DNA of 64,000 nt, taken from contig CAKKNE010000005.1 of NCBI GenBank assembly GCA_918797485.1, positions 3,658,001 through 3,722,000 of the forward strand, given 5' to 3'. Below, piece by piece: positions 1-13,941 of this stretch. The position numbers and the translations under genes were made by a program. The first letter of the stretch is position 1, and every line of letters begins with the position of its first letter. A model generated the notes under the pieces. The model was not told where the DNA came from. It worked only from the letters and a program-made list of their open reading frames with translations, and did no database searches. The stretch comes from Pelagomonas calceolata (taxonomy: Eukaryota).

Positions 1-45
1 AAGACAGCCAAACCGCGCAATTGCGCAGCGTCGCGCAGCGATGCA

Positions 46-3000
46 ATGAGCGCTCCGCTGCAAGACAAGCAGAACATCGATAGTTCAGTTGTGATGTCGG
101 CTGAAAAAAAGCCACCAGGAACGCCGTCGCGCGCCGCAATGGAGGCCGCAGCGGCAGACACGCCAACGACGCCGCCGCCTGGGATGACCGCGGAAGAGGC
201 TGACGCGGAGACGCCGGTCATGAGCGCCGAGGCCGCGGACGCCGAGACGCCGGAGCCGGCGACGCCCGAGCCCGCGACAACAACAACGCCGGCCACGCTC
301 GACGCGCTCCACAATTACCTGGGCCCGCTCTGCCAGGCGCTGCTCGGCGCGACGCCCGAGGCCCTACGCCGCGCGGATGATAGTAATGTGGCCTGGTTCG
401 CGGGCCAGCCGGCCGGGTCCACGCTCGTGTGCACGACGGACGACGACGGCAATGTAACGTACCACCGCGGCCGGAGTCGTAGCGGCGCGTCGAGGTACGT
501 GGTCGTCGCGTCGACGGCTCCCTTGGGACCGACCATATCGGAAGGAGGGTTAGCGGCGGACGCGTTGACAGTCGTATTAAGTGGCAGAGACGCGGATCCG
601 ATAAACGAGGCGAAGGGCGTCGTGCGCGCGGCACTGGCGCCGCTCGTCGCCGAGGTCGAGGACGAGACTTCGAACGTGGCCGCGGTGAAACGACGGCTGG
701 GCGAATTAGATGCCGCTCTATCTAGGTGCGGTCACAAGGGCGACGCGGCCCTGGTCTCGCTACCACTTACACCTCCACCGAAGATCGCGGACCTCCTCTC
801 GCACATGAAGAGTGATGAAGTCGCCGATCAGATAGGAGAGGACTCTACCATAGCCGACCGCTGCGCCGAGAGCGTCGCGGCGTGGGCCGCTTCTACTCGT
901 GCACTGGCCGAGCTCGTCGAGTCCACACAAGATGACAATAATCCTTTGTACTTCGCTTCCACGCCGTCGGGCTGCGACGCCTTGCACGCCGAAGTGGAGC
1001 GCTGGCGCGCCTATTCAGCTGCCGTTAACAATGCTCAGACGACGCGGAAGAGTGCATCTGCAGTCGCTCTAGGTGCCATCCTCAAGAGAAACCGGAGGTT
1101 CGTGGCTGCTGCCCAATTAGATGACGGCGTCACGGGACCTTTACAGAGAGCGGCGGACGCGTGTAGGGACGCCAAGAGTCTCTTGTCATCTTTACCGTTG
1201 GATCGACTGGAGTCCGCCGCCTCGCTACCCGACTTGACGGAGACGTCTGATAACTTCTTCAAAGCACTAGGCAAGCTCAAAGCCACTAGACGATATGATA
1301 TGTCAAGGGCCGCTCGTTTAGTCGAGTGCGCGTCTTCTGCCATAGGAGAACGAGCCTCGTTCCTACTCGAAGACCAAAAGTCTCTCCTAGATGAGTCAAA
1401 TGAAGACGCCTTCGAGCATGCGGAGCAGTTGTTTCGTGTCACGCGGCAAGGGTGCCGCAAGTTCCGGGAAGTAGCTTTGGACTTAGCGAGGCGAGGCGCC
1501 GACGTCTCCCTCAACCTAGTCTTGGATCATGAGCGCGTCGAAAAGCGATTGACACAAGTCAAGGACTTCCTCCGGCGCCACGCGACCTTCCGAAGAGTCC
1601 TCGACGAGGCTTTGAGTGGAGACGAACGGCCTCTCGCCGAACTCGACGGCGCGTTCCGGGAATTCCGCGAAAGTCTGGGTAGCAAAGTCATCGACGCGTC
1701 GTTCGACGGCGACGCGACCTGGAATGCCGCAGCAGCACATTACCAAAAGCGCGTCACGCACTGCGAGACTTTAGCTGCGCAGCGCATGGCCGAGTCGCTC
1801 GACCAGGCGTCGGGCACGGACGCGGTCTTCGAGGTCTTTAAGGCCTTCCAGCCTTTGTTGGATCGCGTGCCTGTTCGCAGGGCGGCGCAGAGAAGGCAGT
1901 CTGAGTTGATAGAAGCGGTAGCATCTGAACTTGATGCGTTGAAGACGGCCTGTACTCGTAGATATGAAAATTCGGGCTGTCGGTCCCTAGATGTGCTGAG
2001 GGAGGTCCCACCGGTCGGCGGGAAGGCGGCCTGGGCGCGACAGGTCGATGAAAGGCTGCGGGAGCAACTTAGTAGATTAGATGCGGTCATCGGGAAGGAG
2101 CACGTCCAGAGGCATCCTCGGGGCAAGACCCTCAAACTACTAGCGGAGGAACTGCTGAAGCATGTCGATGCTTCACCACTATTTGATCAATGGCTCGAGA
2201 CCTGGACCAATAAATGTGCTTCGGGTCTCAGAGATGGGCCTTTACTGAAGGTCGCGCATGGGCGGTTATGCGCCAACTTCGACCAGCAGCGCATCGAGCT
2301 CGCGCGGGAAGTGGATTGTTTGAGACGGTTGAACTTCCGGGTCCCCGAGACGATCGCACTAGTTGCCGATGAGGCGCGCCAGCGGATCCAGGTCGCGCAC
2401 GCTCTACGATCAGCTTGTAGGTTATATGATCGGTGTTCTTCACACATATCTGACGATGATGCTTGCATGTTACAACCCTGGATTCAGGCTTGTCGAGATA
2501 TCGCTTCAAAAGCGTTCCCGGCCTCGAGGGGGCAGGCCCCTAGAATCGCGTGGACGTCGCCCTCTGAGAGTACAAGGGCCTGGGTCGATTCATTTATGGA
2601 GACCGTCGCTTCCTTGCAGGAGAAGGTCGACGTGTTAAGTAAGGCTCGTTCACAGTGCGACGCGTCCCTCTCATTATTGTCCGCGTCGGACAGTGCTAGA
2701 GATTTGGAAACGATCTCCACGAAGCCGCTGCAGGACGTCGTCGACAGGTTAGCCTTGGAGGGCTTCCAGGGACTCAACCAGTGGGTCGCATCGTTGGATG
2801 AGAGGTGCCGCATTTCACTCAGAGAGCGCACGTCAGATCGGTTGATAAGGTGGGCCCTGGCTCTAGAAGGCGCGCCTATCATCTGTGATGTTGAAGAGGA
2901 AACATCAGTGGATGTCGGGTGTTTGCGGAGCAGGCACTGCCTCGTTACGAGTGAGAGTGGGATCCAATTGGACCCTCCAGTAACAAGTGCACGACTCACT

Positions 3001-6000
3001 CTCCAGGCCCAGGTCTCTCATTTGGTAGATGCCGCTCGACAGTTACCTAGATTACGGGCGTCGCGCTTCGACGCCCTCAATAACGATGACGGCGACGCGT
3101 ACGACGACCTCTTGGTCGAAGAGGATAACTCATCAAAAACATTGACGAAAGCGTTAGATGCCGCTCTACAAGCTATTGAGAGAAGAGTCACCGATGCGCT
3201 AGCGCGCGAGAAACGCTGGGCGCGCCACTCGGGCCTGTGGCGTCTTACTGTTACTGATGTAGCTAGAGCTCTCGACGACAAGTACCCGGAGCACGTCAAG
3301 GACTACACCTACGACAGCGGTTCGAGGTTGGACGCCTGGGCGCGCTGTTTGGAGGGCGCCGGCGCGTCGCGACGGGACGCCGACGCCGACCTGGGCTTCG
3401 AGGAGGAGCGGCGACGGGGCGCGTCGGACGATGTCCTGCGGGCTGTCGTCACGAGACAGCCTGATTCATTTTATTCGTCCACGGACCCTGATAATGGCCT
3501 CGCTGTCGTGATTGACGCTCGAAAAGCCCATACGGCCGTAAAACATCGGCTCGATGCGCGACTAGTGGATTTACGAGCCGAGGCCCGGGAAAGGTATGCA
3601 ACGCATGCTTCTGGGTTGTTAAAACTCGCCAAAGAATCAAGGCACAAATTAGAACGCGTCGACGAGAGAAGATGTAGTTGCAGAGAGGCATTGGCTCAAT
3701 TAGCTTTACATGCTTCGCTCCAAGAAGCATTACCACAATGGAGAGAAACGGTGCAAGGGTTACTGCGGTTAGAATGGAATCTAAAAACGCAGGACGAGGA
3801 CCCGCACGACGACGAGCTCGACCTGTGGACTGAAGCTTCGCTCGTCGAGGGCGCCGTCGACGCGTGCGCCCAGGTGTTGGAGACGCGGAAGGGCCGTTTG
3901 GATGGAGAGAAGGCGGCGCTGCGAGCGGAGGCCGACGCCGAGCTCGTGAAGGCGAGGATGGCGTCGGCCGCCATCTCCGAGTCCTGGCGCGCGTTGAAAC
4001 CAGAACGTTTAGGCGAAGGCGAGAACGCCTGTGCGACCACGGCGCAAGCGCAAGAGCGGCTACAGCAATTCACGGAGCGAGTACAGCGGGCGTTGGACGA
4101 CGCGCGGGACTTCGCGCGAGCTTTGGTGGCGCTCGATGGCTCCGCGCAGGACGCCTCGACCGGTGAGTTAGAGGCCATAGACGTGGAAGCGCGAGCCCTG
4201 GGCGAGGTCTGGGAGGCTTTGTCAGGTCCCATCGCCTCCATCGGTACGCTAGATCGTACGAGATGGGTCGACTTCGAGCCGTCAAGTGCCAAGGAAACGT
4301 TACGCAAAGCTAATGAAGCTCTGCGGACGTGTTCGTCGAAAGTCAGGCAGTACGCGTGCCACGCCGACGCCTGCAAACTTGTGCAAGAGAGGGAAAGATC
4401 AGTAGGGGGCTGGGTCGGTTCCCTACGCTCGGCCGAACTCACGCCACAACTAGAACGCAAGCTCGCCAAGGTTTTGTTCAACTCGCCGCGCTGGGACGCG
4501 CGATCGAGAAATTGCGGCGACTTCCTACGCCTGAAGGTCACTCCAAGTATGAGAAAAGAGCTAGATCAAGTACTGGCCGCGGCGAGGCGCGACGCGTCGA
4601 TGGCGCAGTACCTTGAAGACGTCGACCGGCACTGGTCCGAGCGGTTGTTCGACGTGGCTCCGGGCCGATTAATAAGGGGCTGGGATGCTCTGACCGAGGA
4701 GTTGGACGAACACAGTCAAGCTTTATTAGCTATGAAGGAGGCGCCTCATTTCAAGGACATCGATTCCTCATCAGAAGTCTATCGGCGACGGGAAGTGCTG
4801 TCAAATGACGTAGATGAACTACGAAGAAGGTTGGATCTCTGGTCCGATGCTCAAAGGAGGTGGGTCCACCTCGACGCGATCTTTGGTTCTAATGCGGACA
4901 TCGGCGATCGGCTGCCTCAAGCCAAAAACGCCTTTTCAGACGGTTCTAGAACTTTTGACCGGTGCCGGGACGACTGCCTTGAGTCATGTAGAGTTAGAGC
5001 GTTGTTGGAAGTTGCCGCACTGCCGGAATCCCTAGAAGCCGTCTCCCGACTATTTGGAGACGCGCAGCGGTGGCTCGGCGAGTTTTTGGAAAGCATGCGT
5101 TCCGAGTTCCCGCGGTTCTACTTCGTGGGCGACGATGATTTGTTGGGGATGCTCGGGGGCGGCATCGAGGGTGCTAGGCCGCACCTCACGAAGATGTTCG
5201 CGGCGCTCCGAGACGTGTCGGGCGGACGGATGTTCAGTGCGGATGGTGAGGACGTGCCATTATCAGGTTCATTGGACGAGTCGTCGTGTGTGGCCTGGTT
5301 ATCCTCGCTCGAACGAGCCATGAGAATATCAGTAGCGCAGTCCCTGAAGGACGCTTTAGTGATCGACAGCGACCTCGAGAAATGGTTATCAACACATCCG
5401 ACGCAAGCCTTATGTTCATCGATACAGTGCGACTGGGCATGTAGGATGGACGCAGCCTTGGACGGAGGTTCCTTGGAGGGACCGTCCCAAGTTCTTGTAT
5501 CCAGATTAGCGTCCTTGTCATCAGCTACTTCGTCACCTCTGAAACGAGCTCAATTAATTGTCGAGTTGGCGCAGCAGCGGGACTGCACGCAGTCCTTACA
5601 CGACGCTAATTCATCACAAGACCACCGATGGCTGCGCCAACTGCGGCTGTACTGCAATCCGAATTCAATGGATGTGGTTGAAGGTACGTCGTTCTTAGAG
5701 CAATTGATCAAAGGCACGACGCCGTTAGCCGTGACATGTGTCGCTCGAGTGGCGGGCGCGTCACTCACATACGGCTACGAGTACCAGGGGATTGGAAGAA
5801 GATTAATCAGAACGCAACTCACGGATCGCTGCTTCGCGACGCTCGCGTCTTCTCTCAAATGGAGATTGGGAGGCAACCCCGTGGGACCGGCGGGGACGGG
5901 CAAGACCGAGTCCGTGAGGGCTTTAGGTGCTTTGTGTGGCCGGCACGTCGTCGTCTTCAATTGTGACGAGGCCTTTGATCTAGGGGCTACTGGTCGCTTA

Positions 6001-9000
6001 CTGCGAGGTCTCTGCAGAACTGGAGCGTGGGGTTGTTTTGATGAGTTCAACCGATTGGACGAGGGCGCGCTGTCGGCCGTGGCGCAGCAACTGAGATTCA
6101 TCCAGGAGGGGTTGTTATCGAAGGCTTCCGCCGTGGAGATCTCTGGAAGACCTACGCCCTTGGTACCCACCACTGCTGTGTTTGTCACGATGAACCCGGG
6201 CTATGCTGGTCGATCTCCATTACCAGAAACGCTGAAACGTTTATTTAGGACGGTCGCCATGGCTAAACCGGACAGCAGAGCCATCGCCACGACCACATTG
6301 TACGCTCATGGCTTCTCGGAGGACAGGGCCCGACCCCTCGCCCACGCGTTGGTTGCGCTGTTTGAGTTGTGTGGCTCGCGCCTATCCTCGCAAAGCCACT
6401 ACGACTGGGGTTTGCGAGCTCTGGGCCCTGTCTTGAAAACGGCCGGCAACCTCCTCACCACGACGTCGGAACCGAACGCTTTGCTGAGAGCGGTGCGCGC
6501 GACCGTGGCGCCGCGCTTAGTCCAGGAGGACGCCCAACCTTTTGACGAACTACTACGGGCGGCCTTCCGCGAGGACGCTCTAGTGCAAGACGACGGTTCG
6601 ACGCAACAGGAAGGTACGGATGCGTTGGTAGATGCCATTTCTGTTGATAGACTGGACAAGGCCTTTACGGATGCGGCGCAAGCAAGATCTGTAAATGCTT
6701 CTGCAGCATGGCTCGCGAAGGCCCATCAATTACGAAGTGTATTAGCGTTGTCCACGGGCGCTGTCGTAGTGGGACAAACGGGCTCCGGCAAATCTACGTT
6801 AGTAGAGTGCGTCCTCGCCGCCTTAGAAAGTATAGATGGCGTCAAGGGTGAAGCTCATTGGATCGATCCCAAAGCTCTTGTAAGTGACAGATACAAGGAG
6901 TTGTTGTTCGGTAGACTAGATGCGACGACCCTCGAATGGACCGACGGGGTGTGTACGGCCCTATTGAGGAGCGCATCACAGAAGAAACGGACGTGGCTCT
7001 GCCTCGACGGCGACGTGGACCCCGCGTGGGCCGAGAATTTAAATAGTGCCTTAGATGACAATAAGGTGTTGACGCTGCCGAACGGGGAGAGGATCGCGGT
7101 GCCTGCCGACGTTCGATTTGTTTTTGAAGTCGAGGATCTATCAAGAGCTACTCCCGCAACGGTTTCTCGCTGTGGTGTTTGTCATGTGGATGCCGAGTTA
7201 GTATCACTCCAAGACCGCGTCGAGAGCTGTTATCGACGGTTGCATGCCGACGATGCGGCGTTCGCGGGTGCTGCCCAACAGCTCTTTGCTCACGATGGCA
7301 TTGTGGGTCACGCTGTTGCCTTCTCGATGCGAGGGGGTGTCATGCAGTCGCCGTCGCCGGAACAATCATTAAATGCCTTGACTTCATTATTATTAGCGGC
7401 GAGAGACGACGCGGCGACGCATCGCATAGATCCTACTACTAAAAGAGGAGCGTCTTTCGTCAGAAGAAGCGTCTACGCGGCGCTGTTCTGGAGCTGTGGC
7501 GGGAGCATGGATAATGATGACAGAATCAAGTTAGGCGACCTGCTCAACAAAGCGGCGTCGAAGACCGATGATGGTACAGACGGTGTCATCGGCCTGGATG
7601 TGAGATGCGCCGCGCGGGCGCCGGACTTCTGGGAGGCCTGGGAAAGTCGAGTGCCGTTGACGGAGGAGGCCGACCTCAACTCCGTAGTACCTACTGCCGA
7701 CACAGCTAGACATGAAGCTCTCGTAGAAGCTCTCTGTCGGCGACGGAGCGGTTCTCTGTTGTGCGGCCCGCCCGGGAGCGGCAAGACCATGACCTGCGAC
7801 CACGCGTTGGCGTCGAACCAAGCCTTGTACGCGCGAGCCGCATTAGCTTGTGCGGCCGGCACCAAAGCCTCGGACGTGGCTCGGTTGTTGAGTGAGCACT
7901 GCGAACTCAAAAGGGGCGCCCGCAACGAATTTAGTTTAGTACCAAAGAAAGCTTTACATGGTGAGAGAAGGATACTAGTCGTGTTCTGTGACGAGATCAA
8001 TCTGGTGGAACCCGACGCGTACGGCACGCCGCGAGCCTTGGCGTTTGTGCGGCAATTGATTAGTAGGAAGGGCTTCTGGGCCCTCTCGACGAATAGTGCG
8101 AGGGCAGCTCTCGAGCCGGGCCGCTTCGCGCGCGTCGCTTCCCAGAGATGTTCTCCAAGGTGGGTGTCCTTGGAACGCGTTTCGTTGGTCGCTGCTTGTA
8201 ATCCGCCCACGGACGCTGGACGAAAACCACTCCCCCGACGATTATTAAGGCACCTCCACGTCCTGTCCGTGGGAACACCCTCGAGACCCGCGCTGGAGCG
8301 AGTCTACGCCGCGTATACTAGAAGAGCGACGAAAATAATCGCCACGAATTTCCCGGAGCCTGACATAAAAGAAGTGGTCCAGAACCTCCCGGCGGCGATG
8401 ATCGACGCCTACGAGTTCAATCAGCGAACATTCTCGACGAAGGGACCGCAGTGCGTCTACTCGGCTCGCGAATTGACGCGGTGGTGCCGCGCCTTGGAGC
8501 AGGCTTCTGATGCTTGTTCCAATGCTTCGGCATTGGTGCGACTCTGGCTCCACGAAGGTTTAAGGCTGTTTGCCGACCGTTTGCCGGAAATGACTGATGT
8601 TGCTACTTGTGATGAGGCTCTACGAAGTATCGCCCGGAAGCGCTTCCCTGTATCGTCCGAAGCTCTAGAACCACCATTATTATACGGAAGGTGGCTCTCC
8701 AAACAGTACGCGCCGACGTCTTTATCTAAACTTAGAAGGTTCGTCGCATCTAGATTGAGGACCTTCCACGAGGAATGTCTGGATGTCCCGCTCGTGGTTT
8801 TCGACGATGTGGCGAGACACGCTCTACGCATCGATTCTGTACTGCTCTCAGCGTCTTTCATACAAACGGGGGACACATACTTCAATCTGAGTGCCTCCAA
8901 TATGGACCAGCACTTCGTTCCGCCCCCAAGACTACGAAAGAGCCCCTCTGATGACTTACCTTTGCGAGCCTAGAAGGTAGGACAGTGCGGGGGCTGTCAT

Positions 9001-12000
9001 CAATGACGTTCCGCTCAAGAAGGCCTTCCACACGAGCATTGTCATGAGGTCGATACGGCGAACCTATATATCCTACGCAGGTCCTGCGCGCGGAGTCCGG
9101 CCACTTGCTACTCGTGGGCGAGTCGGGAGTGGGCAAGACCGTTTTAGCGAAATTTGTCGCGTGGCACAACGGCATGGGCGTGAAGGAGATCCAAGCTACA
9201 AGGACGTACACGTTGGCGCACTTCGACGACGACCTGCGGTCGTGCATGAAGCGGGCCGGTGTGGACAAGGAACGACTCGTGATTTTGTTGGACGCGGACG
9301 GTGTGTCCACTAATTTCCTGGAGCGGATGAACGCTTTGTTAGCCGCGGGAGAAGTCCCCGGTCTCTGGCCCGCCGACGACCTGTCGAGGCTGTTGACGCA
9401 ATGCCGCGACGCTAGGAGGTCGGAAAGCGTCGGTGGTGATGCAGACGACGACGCTGTCGTGCTGAAATGGTTCTCTAGTAATGTCCGACGGAACTTACAC
9501 GTTGTGTTTTGTTTGGAGGATTTGAGATCTGCGTCAACGACGGCCTCCCCAGCATTATTCAACAGGTGTGTCGTGGACTGGTTCGGCACGTGGTCTACGT
9601 CAGCGTTGGCTCATGTGGGCGACGCTCTCCTAGCAGATGTCGACGTCGAGCAGTTGGGTGCGTGGGACGAGCAATCAATGTCTGTGGTACAGAGGGCCGA
9701 CAGAGACGCGCTGCTGCAGAAGGCATCATACGTAAGGTACGAGGAGAGCGACTCGGACGAAGAAGAAGAGCAACCTACTACCTTAAAGACGGCGTTAGTT
9801 GCCGCCCTGGTGGAGATCCATGGAGAAAGCAGGGGCACCGCGCGGGACTTCGTGGATTGTTGCCGGAGGTTCGCGAAGGATGTTGTGGAGAGGAGAGAAG
9901 CATTGGAGCAGCGCCAGCAACGCAAGCAGGCCGGCCTCCGGGAACTGGAGGCCGCTTCCAGTGATGTCGCGGCGCGCCAGAAAGTCCTCGCCGAAAAAAA
10001 TGCCGAGCTCGAGGTCCAAGAGGCGGAAGCTTCTCAGCAACTCGAAAAGATGGTCGCCGACCAGCAGGAGGCCGAGGCGAAGCAGCGGCAGGGTGCTTCG
10101 TTGTCTGAGGAATTAGCTGTGAAGAGCGGCGACATCGCTCAAAGAAAAGCCAGTGCGGAGGCTGAATTAGCGACGGCCGAACCCGCACTCATCGCCGCGC
10201 GAGATGCGGTCAAGGGCATCAAGAAGGCTCAACTAGATGAACTAAGAGCGCTCCGGATGCCTCCGATACAAGCTAAAAGAACGATTGAGGCGGTCTCGAT
10301 CATCCTTGGTCTAGTACCGCTCCAGAAGTCCTACGACTGGGATGATGTGAGGAAAGCTCTGCGGGACCGATCCTTCATCCCCAACGTCATATCCTTTGAA
10401 CCGCGGGACATGGACGATGCTGCGGCGGAATTTATCCGGCAACGGTACCTGTACCCTACCCCTGAATTCCTGGAGAAGCTCAACCAGAAAGAAAGGGAGA
10501 AAAACGAGGACTGTAAGGAGATCAAAGCGTTGGACTTTGAGAGCGTGAATCGCTCGTCACAAGCGGCCGGTCCACTAGTTTTGTGGCTCGCGTCGCAGCT
10601 CGACTACGTGGCCATTGAAAGGAAGGTCGAACCGCTACAGCGCGAGGTCGAAGCGTTAGAAGTAGCTACCCGTGATACGCGGGAGCAAGTACAAAGGCTA
10701 GAGGAGGAGATGGCGGTGCTGGCGGAGTCCGTCGAACGGTACAAGGCGTCGTACGGCGTCGCTGTGAGAGCTGCGGAGGGCCTCAAGGCGGACATCGAGA
10801 AAGGGAAGGAACGGGCGGATCGCGCGTCTCGGTTAGTGGCTTCGTTGCGGGACGAGCAGGAGCGCTGGAGCACCGAGGCGGAGGCGTTTCCTTCAGCCGT
10901 ATCAATGTTGCCGGGCCAGTGTTTAAGAGATGCGGTCGACGTGGCTTATAATGGGCCTCGTAGCGAGAAGCAACGGCGACAGCTACGTGAAGTAGTGAGG
11001 AGCGTCTGCGCACGTGTTGGGCTATTAGTTGATGACAAAGACCTAACGGCCTCGGTCTCGCAAACTACTCTCAGAAGATACCACGACCGCCACGGCCTGC
11101 CGAGGGATTCCAGGTGCGCCTTGAACGCGTGCGTCTTCGAGGCGTCGTCGAGGTCGTGCCTCTTCGTGGACCCGACCGGCTCAGCGTTACGCTTCGCGTC
11201 TTCGCTGTTAGCAGACAAGCGCGTCTCTGTGATTTCCGCCGCCGATGCCAATTTTACACGATCCTTATGTACGGCGGCTAGATTTGGCACGGCTCTCATA
11301 GTGAAAGACGTCGACGACGCCTGGGATTCGGTCGCGCACCCTCTGCTCAATCGAGAATTCGCGCGGAAGAGCGGCGGATTGTCCGTGTGCATCCAAGGCG
11401 AGGATGTTGATGTAAGCGAGGACTTTTTGCTGGTCTTGCACTGCCGCAGCACAGAAGGGTTAAGTAGAGGCTTGCTCGGGCGAGTCAACGTCGTTGATTT
11501 CTCCACGACTCCGGACGCTCTGACCGATGCCATTCTGTCGAAGGTCGTGCGACGGGAGCGTCCTGATTTGGAGCATAAACGGCAGGACGCTGCCAGATCT
11601 CTAGAAAAGCAGCAGTTACGCTTAGCGCAGCTCGAGGACGACGTGCTCGAATTAATATCGACTCATACGGAAGGTACGGGTTTACTAGACGATGAAAGAG
11701 CCGTCGAGGCCTTGCAGAAGGCGAAGAACGAGGCAAATGAGGCCCTGGACGCGTCACGAGCGACGGAGACCACTATACAAGAACTGAGGAAGGCTTCGGT
11801 CGTCTACGAGCCGGCGGCCGTCTTTTGCGCGCGTTTATTCGGCACGTTGTCGCAGCTCGAGCAATTCCACGCTTCCTATGCCTATGCTTTAGACGACTAC
11901 CTCTCCAATGCTTTACATGATGCGTTGCGCGATGCGTCTCCCGCGCAAATTGGCGAGACGAGTATCCAGCGCTTCGAGAGGCTCACGGCACCGTTGCTCA

Positions 12001-13895
12001 AGGAGGCTTCAGTGTATGTGACGGGAGCCATTCTAACGCGGGAGCACCGCGCGTCGTGTGCTTTAGCGGTGGCCAGACTCCTCAGCGAGAGCCGGAAGGA
12101 CTTAGGTGGCCCTACGGAAGACGTCGATTCATTTTTAGCGAGCAATGGTTCATTTGATCAAGCCCGGTCACTGATCGAGACGGTGCTCGGCGCCTCGTGG
12201 CTAGATGCGTCAAAATCAGGCGCTATGAGTATTGCACAAGCGGCCTCGAAGTCGGACGAGCGCTTGAGTATTTGTAATGCGGCGCTGGAGCGGCGCAAAC
12301 TGTCTCGACGGAGGCGGCGCTCTTCATTAGTGTCGAGGAAGTCCCTCGCGGACGACGAGGAGGAGGACGAGGACCCGCACCAGTCTTCACTAGATGCCGC
12401 CGCCGTCGAGTGCGACGTCAGTGCTCTGAGGGCTCCCATACTGACCGTTGTGGCCGAAAGAAATGGTGGGCGCGACGGCGCGTCCGACGCCCGGAAAGCT
12501 GCTCAAGAACGTCATGCTTCGGTCGAGGAAGTGGCCCTCGGGTCGCACGAGGGCGAGGTGCTCGCGGACGACGCGCTGCGGCGCGGCGCCTCTTCAGGAT
12601 CCTGGGTGCTGTTGGAGAACGCTCATTTGGCGTCCAAGGCCTTCATCGCATCCCTCGAAAAGAAAATACGCGAGGTCGGCCACGACGCGGCGCCTGGGTT
12701 TAGGGTGATTCTGACCATCGAGGTCACCGCCGACCAGGAGGCTTTACCGAAAAGACTGTTCTCTGCTTCTAGAGTGATCGCGCTGCCGTCGGACGCGGGC
12801 CTGCGGGCTTCATTACTAAGGCACGACGCCCTCGTGGAGCATAATGACACACCCCCGCGGGAACGGGGCCGCGTCCGAGCACTGTTCGCACTCGCGCATG
12901 CCGTGGTCACGGAACGAGCGAGGTACGACGACGGCTGGTCCAAGCCCTACGAATGGGGCGACGTCGATGCCGTGTGTGCCTTACGTGCGTGCGATGCCGT
13001 CCTTGATTCATTATCATCGCAGTCACACGTGGCGCCCTCGGACTTGCCCTGGGTGTCGCTGCGGGACGCCTTCGAGTCGACGTATGGTGCGAGACTGGAA
13101 CGGGAGTCGGATCGACGGTCATTGAAAGCGATCTCCGCATTGTTAATCTCCCAAGAGGCCTTCTCTCAAAATGACAAGGCGCCCCTGCCGTGCGGGGACG
13201 TGCTGGGCCCCTTGCCGGACGGCTTTGAGCTCACGAGGGACACGTGGCGCAGCTGGATCTCTCAACTACCCTCTTCGACGTCGTGCACGGCGCTCGGCTT
13301 GAGTTTAGATGCTGATGAAAGACGGGAGGCGCGCGCCGCGACTACGATGTTAGATGATTGCGCGCGGCTCATCGGTACTTCCAGAAAGACGGCTTCTTCT
13401 CAAGTAAACGACGAAGATATCGACGCTTTGATGGACGAGCTGGCTCAAATACGAACCGGAAGCGGTGGCGCCGTCGCGGACGCGGCCAAGCGCGAGGTCG
13501 CGGCCGCTTTGATAGCCTTGAAGCGGGACGGATCAACGGCCGCGCGCCAGGGCCGCGCGGCCCTTTGTCTCGCCTCGGGCCAGGCCGTGGCTTTGAATCA
13601 CTTGGAGCGGCCGGCTCAATTAATCGCGGCGCTCAAGATCGACGCCGCGGCGGCGCTGAATGCGTCGCTGGACGACCTCGAGCTTGCCGTTGTTGGGGAT
13701 GGTTTGAAATTGGCGGGCGTCGCGTGCCGCGGCCTGGATCCAATAAGGCCGCTGGCCGTCGCGTGGCGGCCGCGGGCGACAAATGGCGTGCTCGTGCCGC
13801 TCGTGCTTGCCAGAGAGCCGCTCGCGCCGCCGCTCGCGGAGGTGCGCGTCGAGGTGGCGGACGCGGTGAGGAATCCGACGTTCGTTGCCGAGTAG
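46..13895 (+). CDS. Dynein heavy chain, divergent cytoplasmic dynein-1 type (~4535 aa); exons 46-8838 and 9081-13895
   Basis: P-loops GPAGTGKT, GQTGSGKS, GPPGSGKT, GESGVGKT; WGCFDEFNRL, FPRFYFVGDDDLL, stalk coiled coil. GT-AG intron 8839-9080 restores HALRIDS|VLRAESGHLLLVG. Confidence 0.93.
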
Positions 13896-13941
13896 GAGTG
13901 GTGGTCGGTGGCGCCCTGTACTAAGTATATCAAGTTACTCT

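Noticed and set aside
8839..9104. Dynein split into two ORFs, suggesting a pseudogene or frameshift
   Set aside because: A GT-AG intron at 8839-9080 restores the conserved sequence before the AAA4 P-loop.
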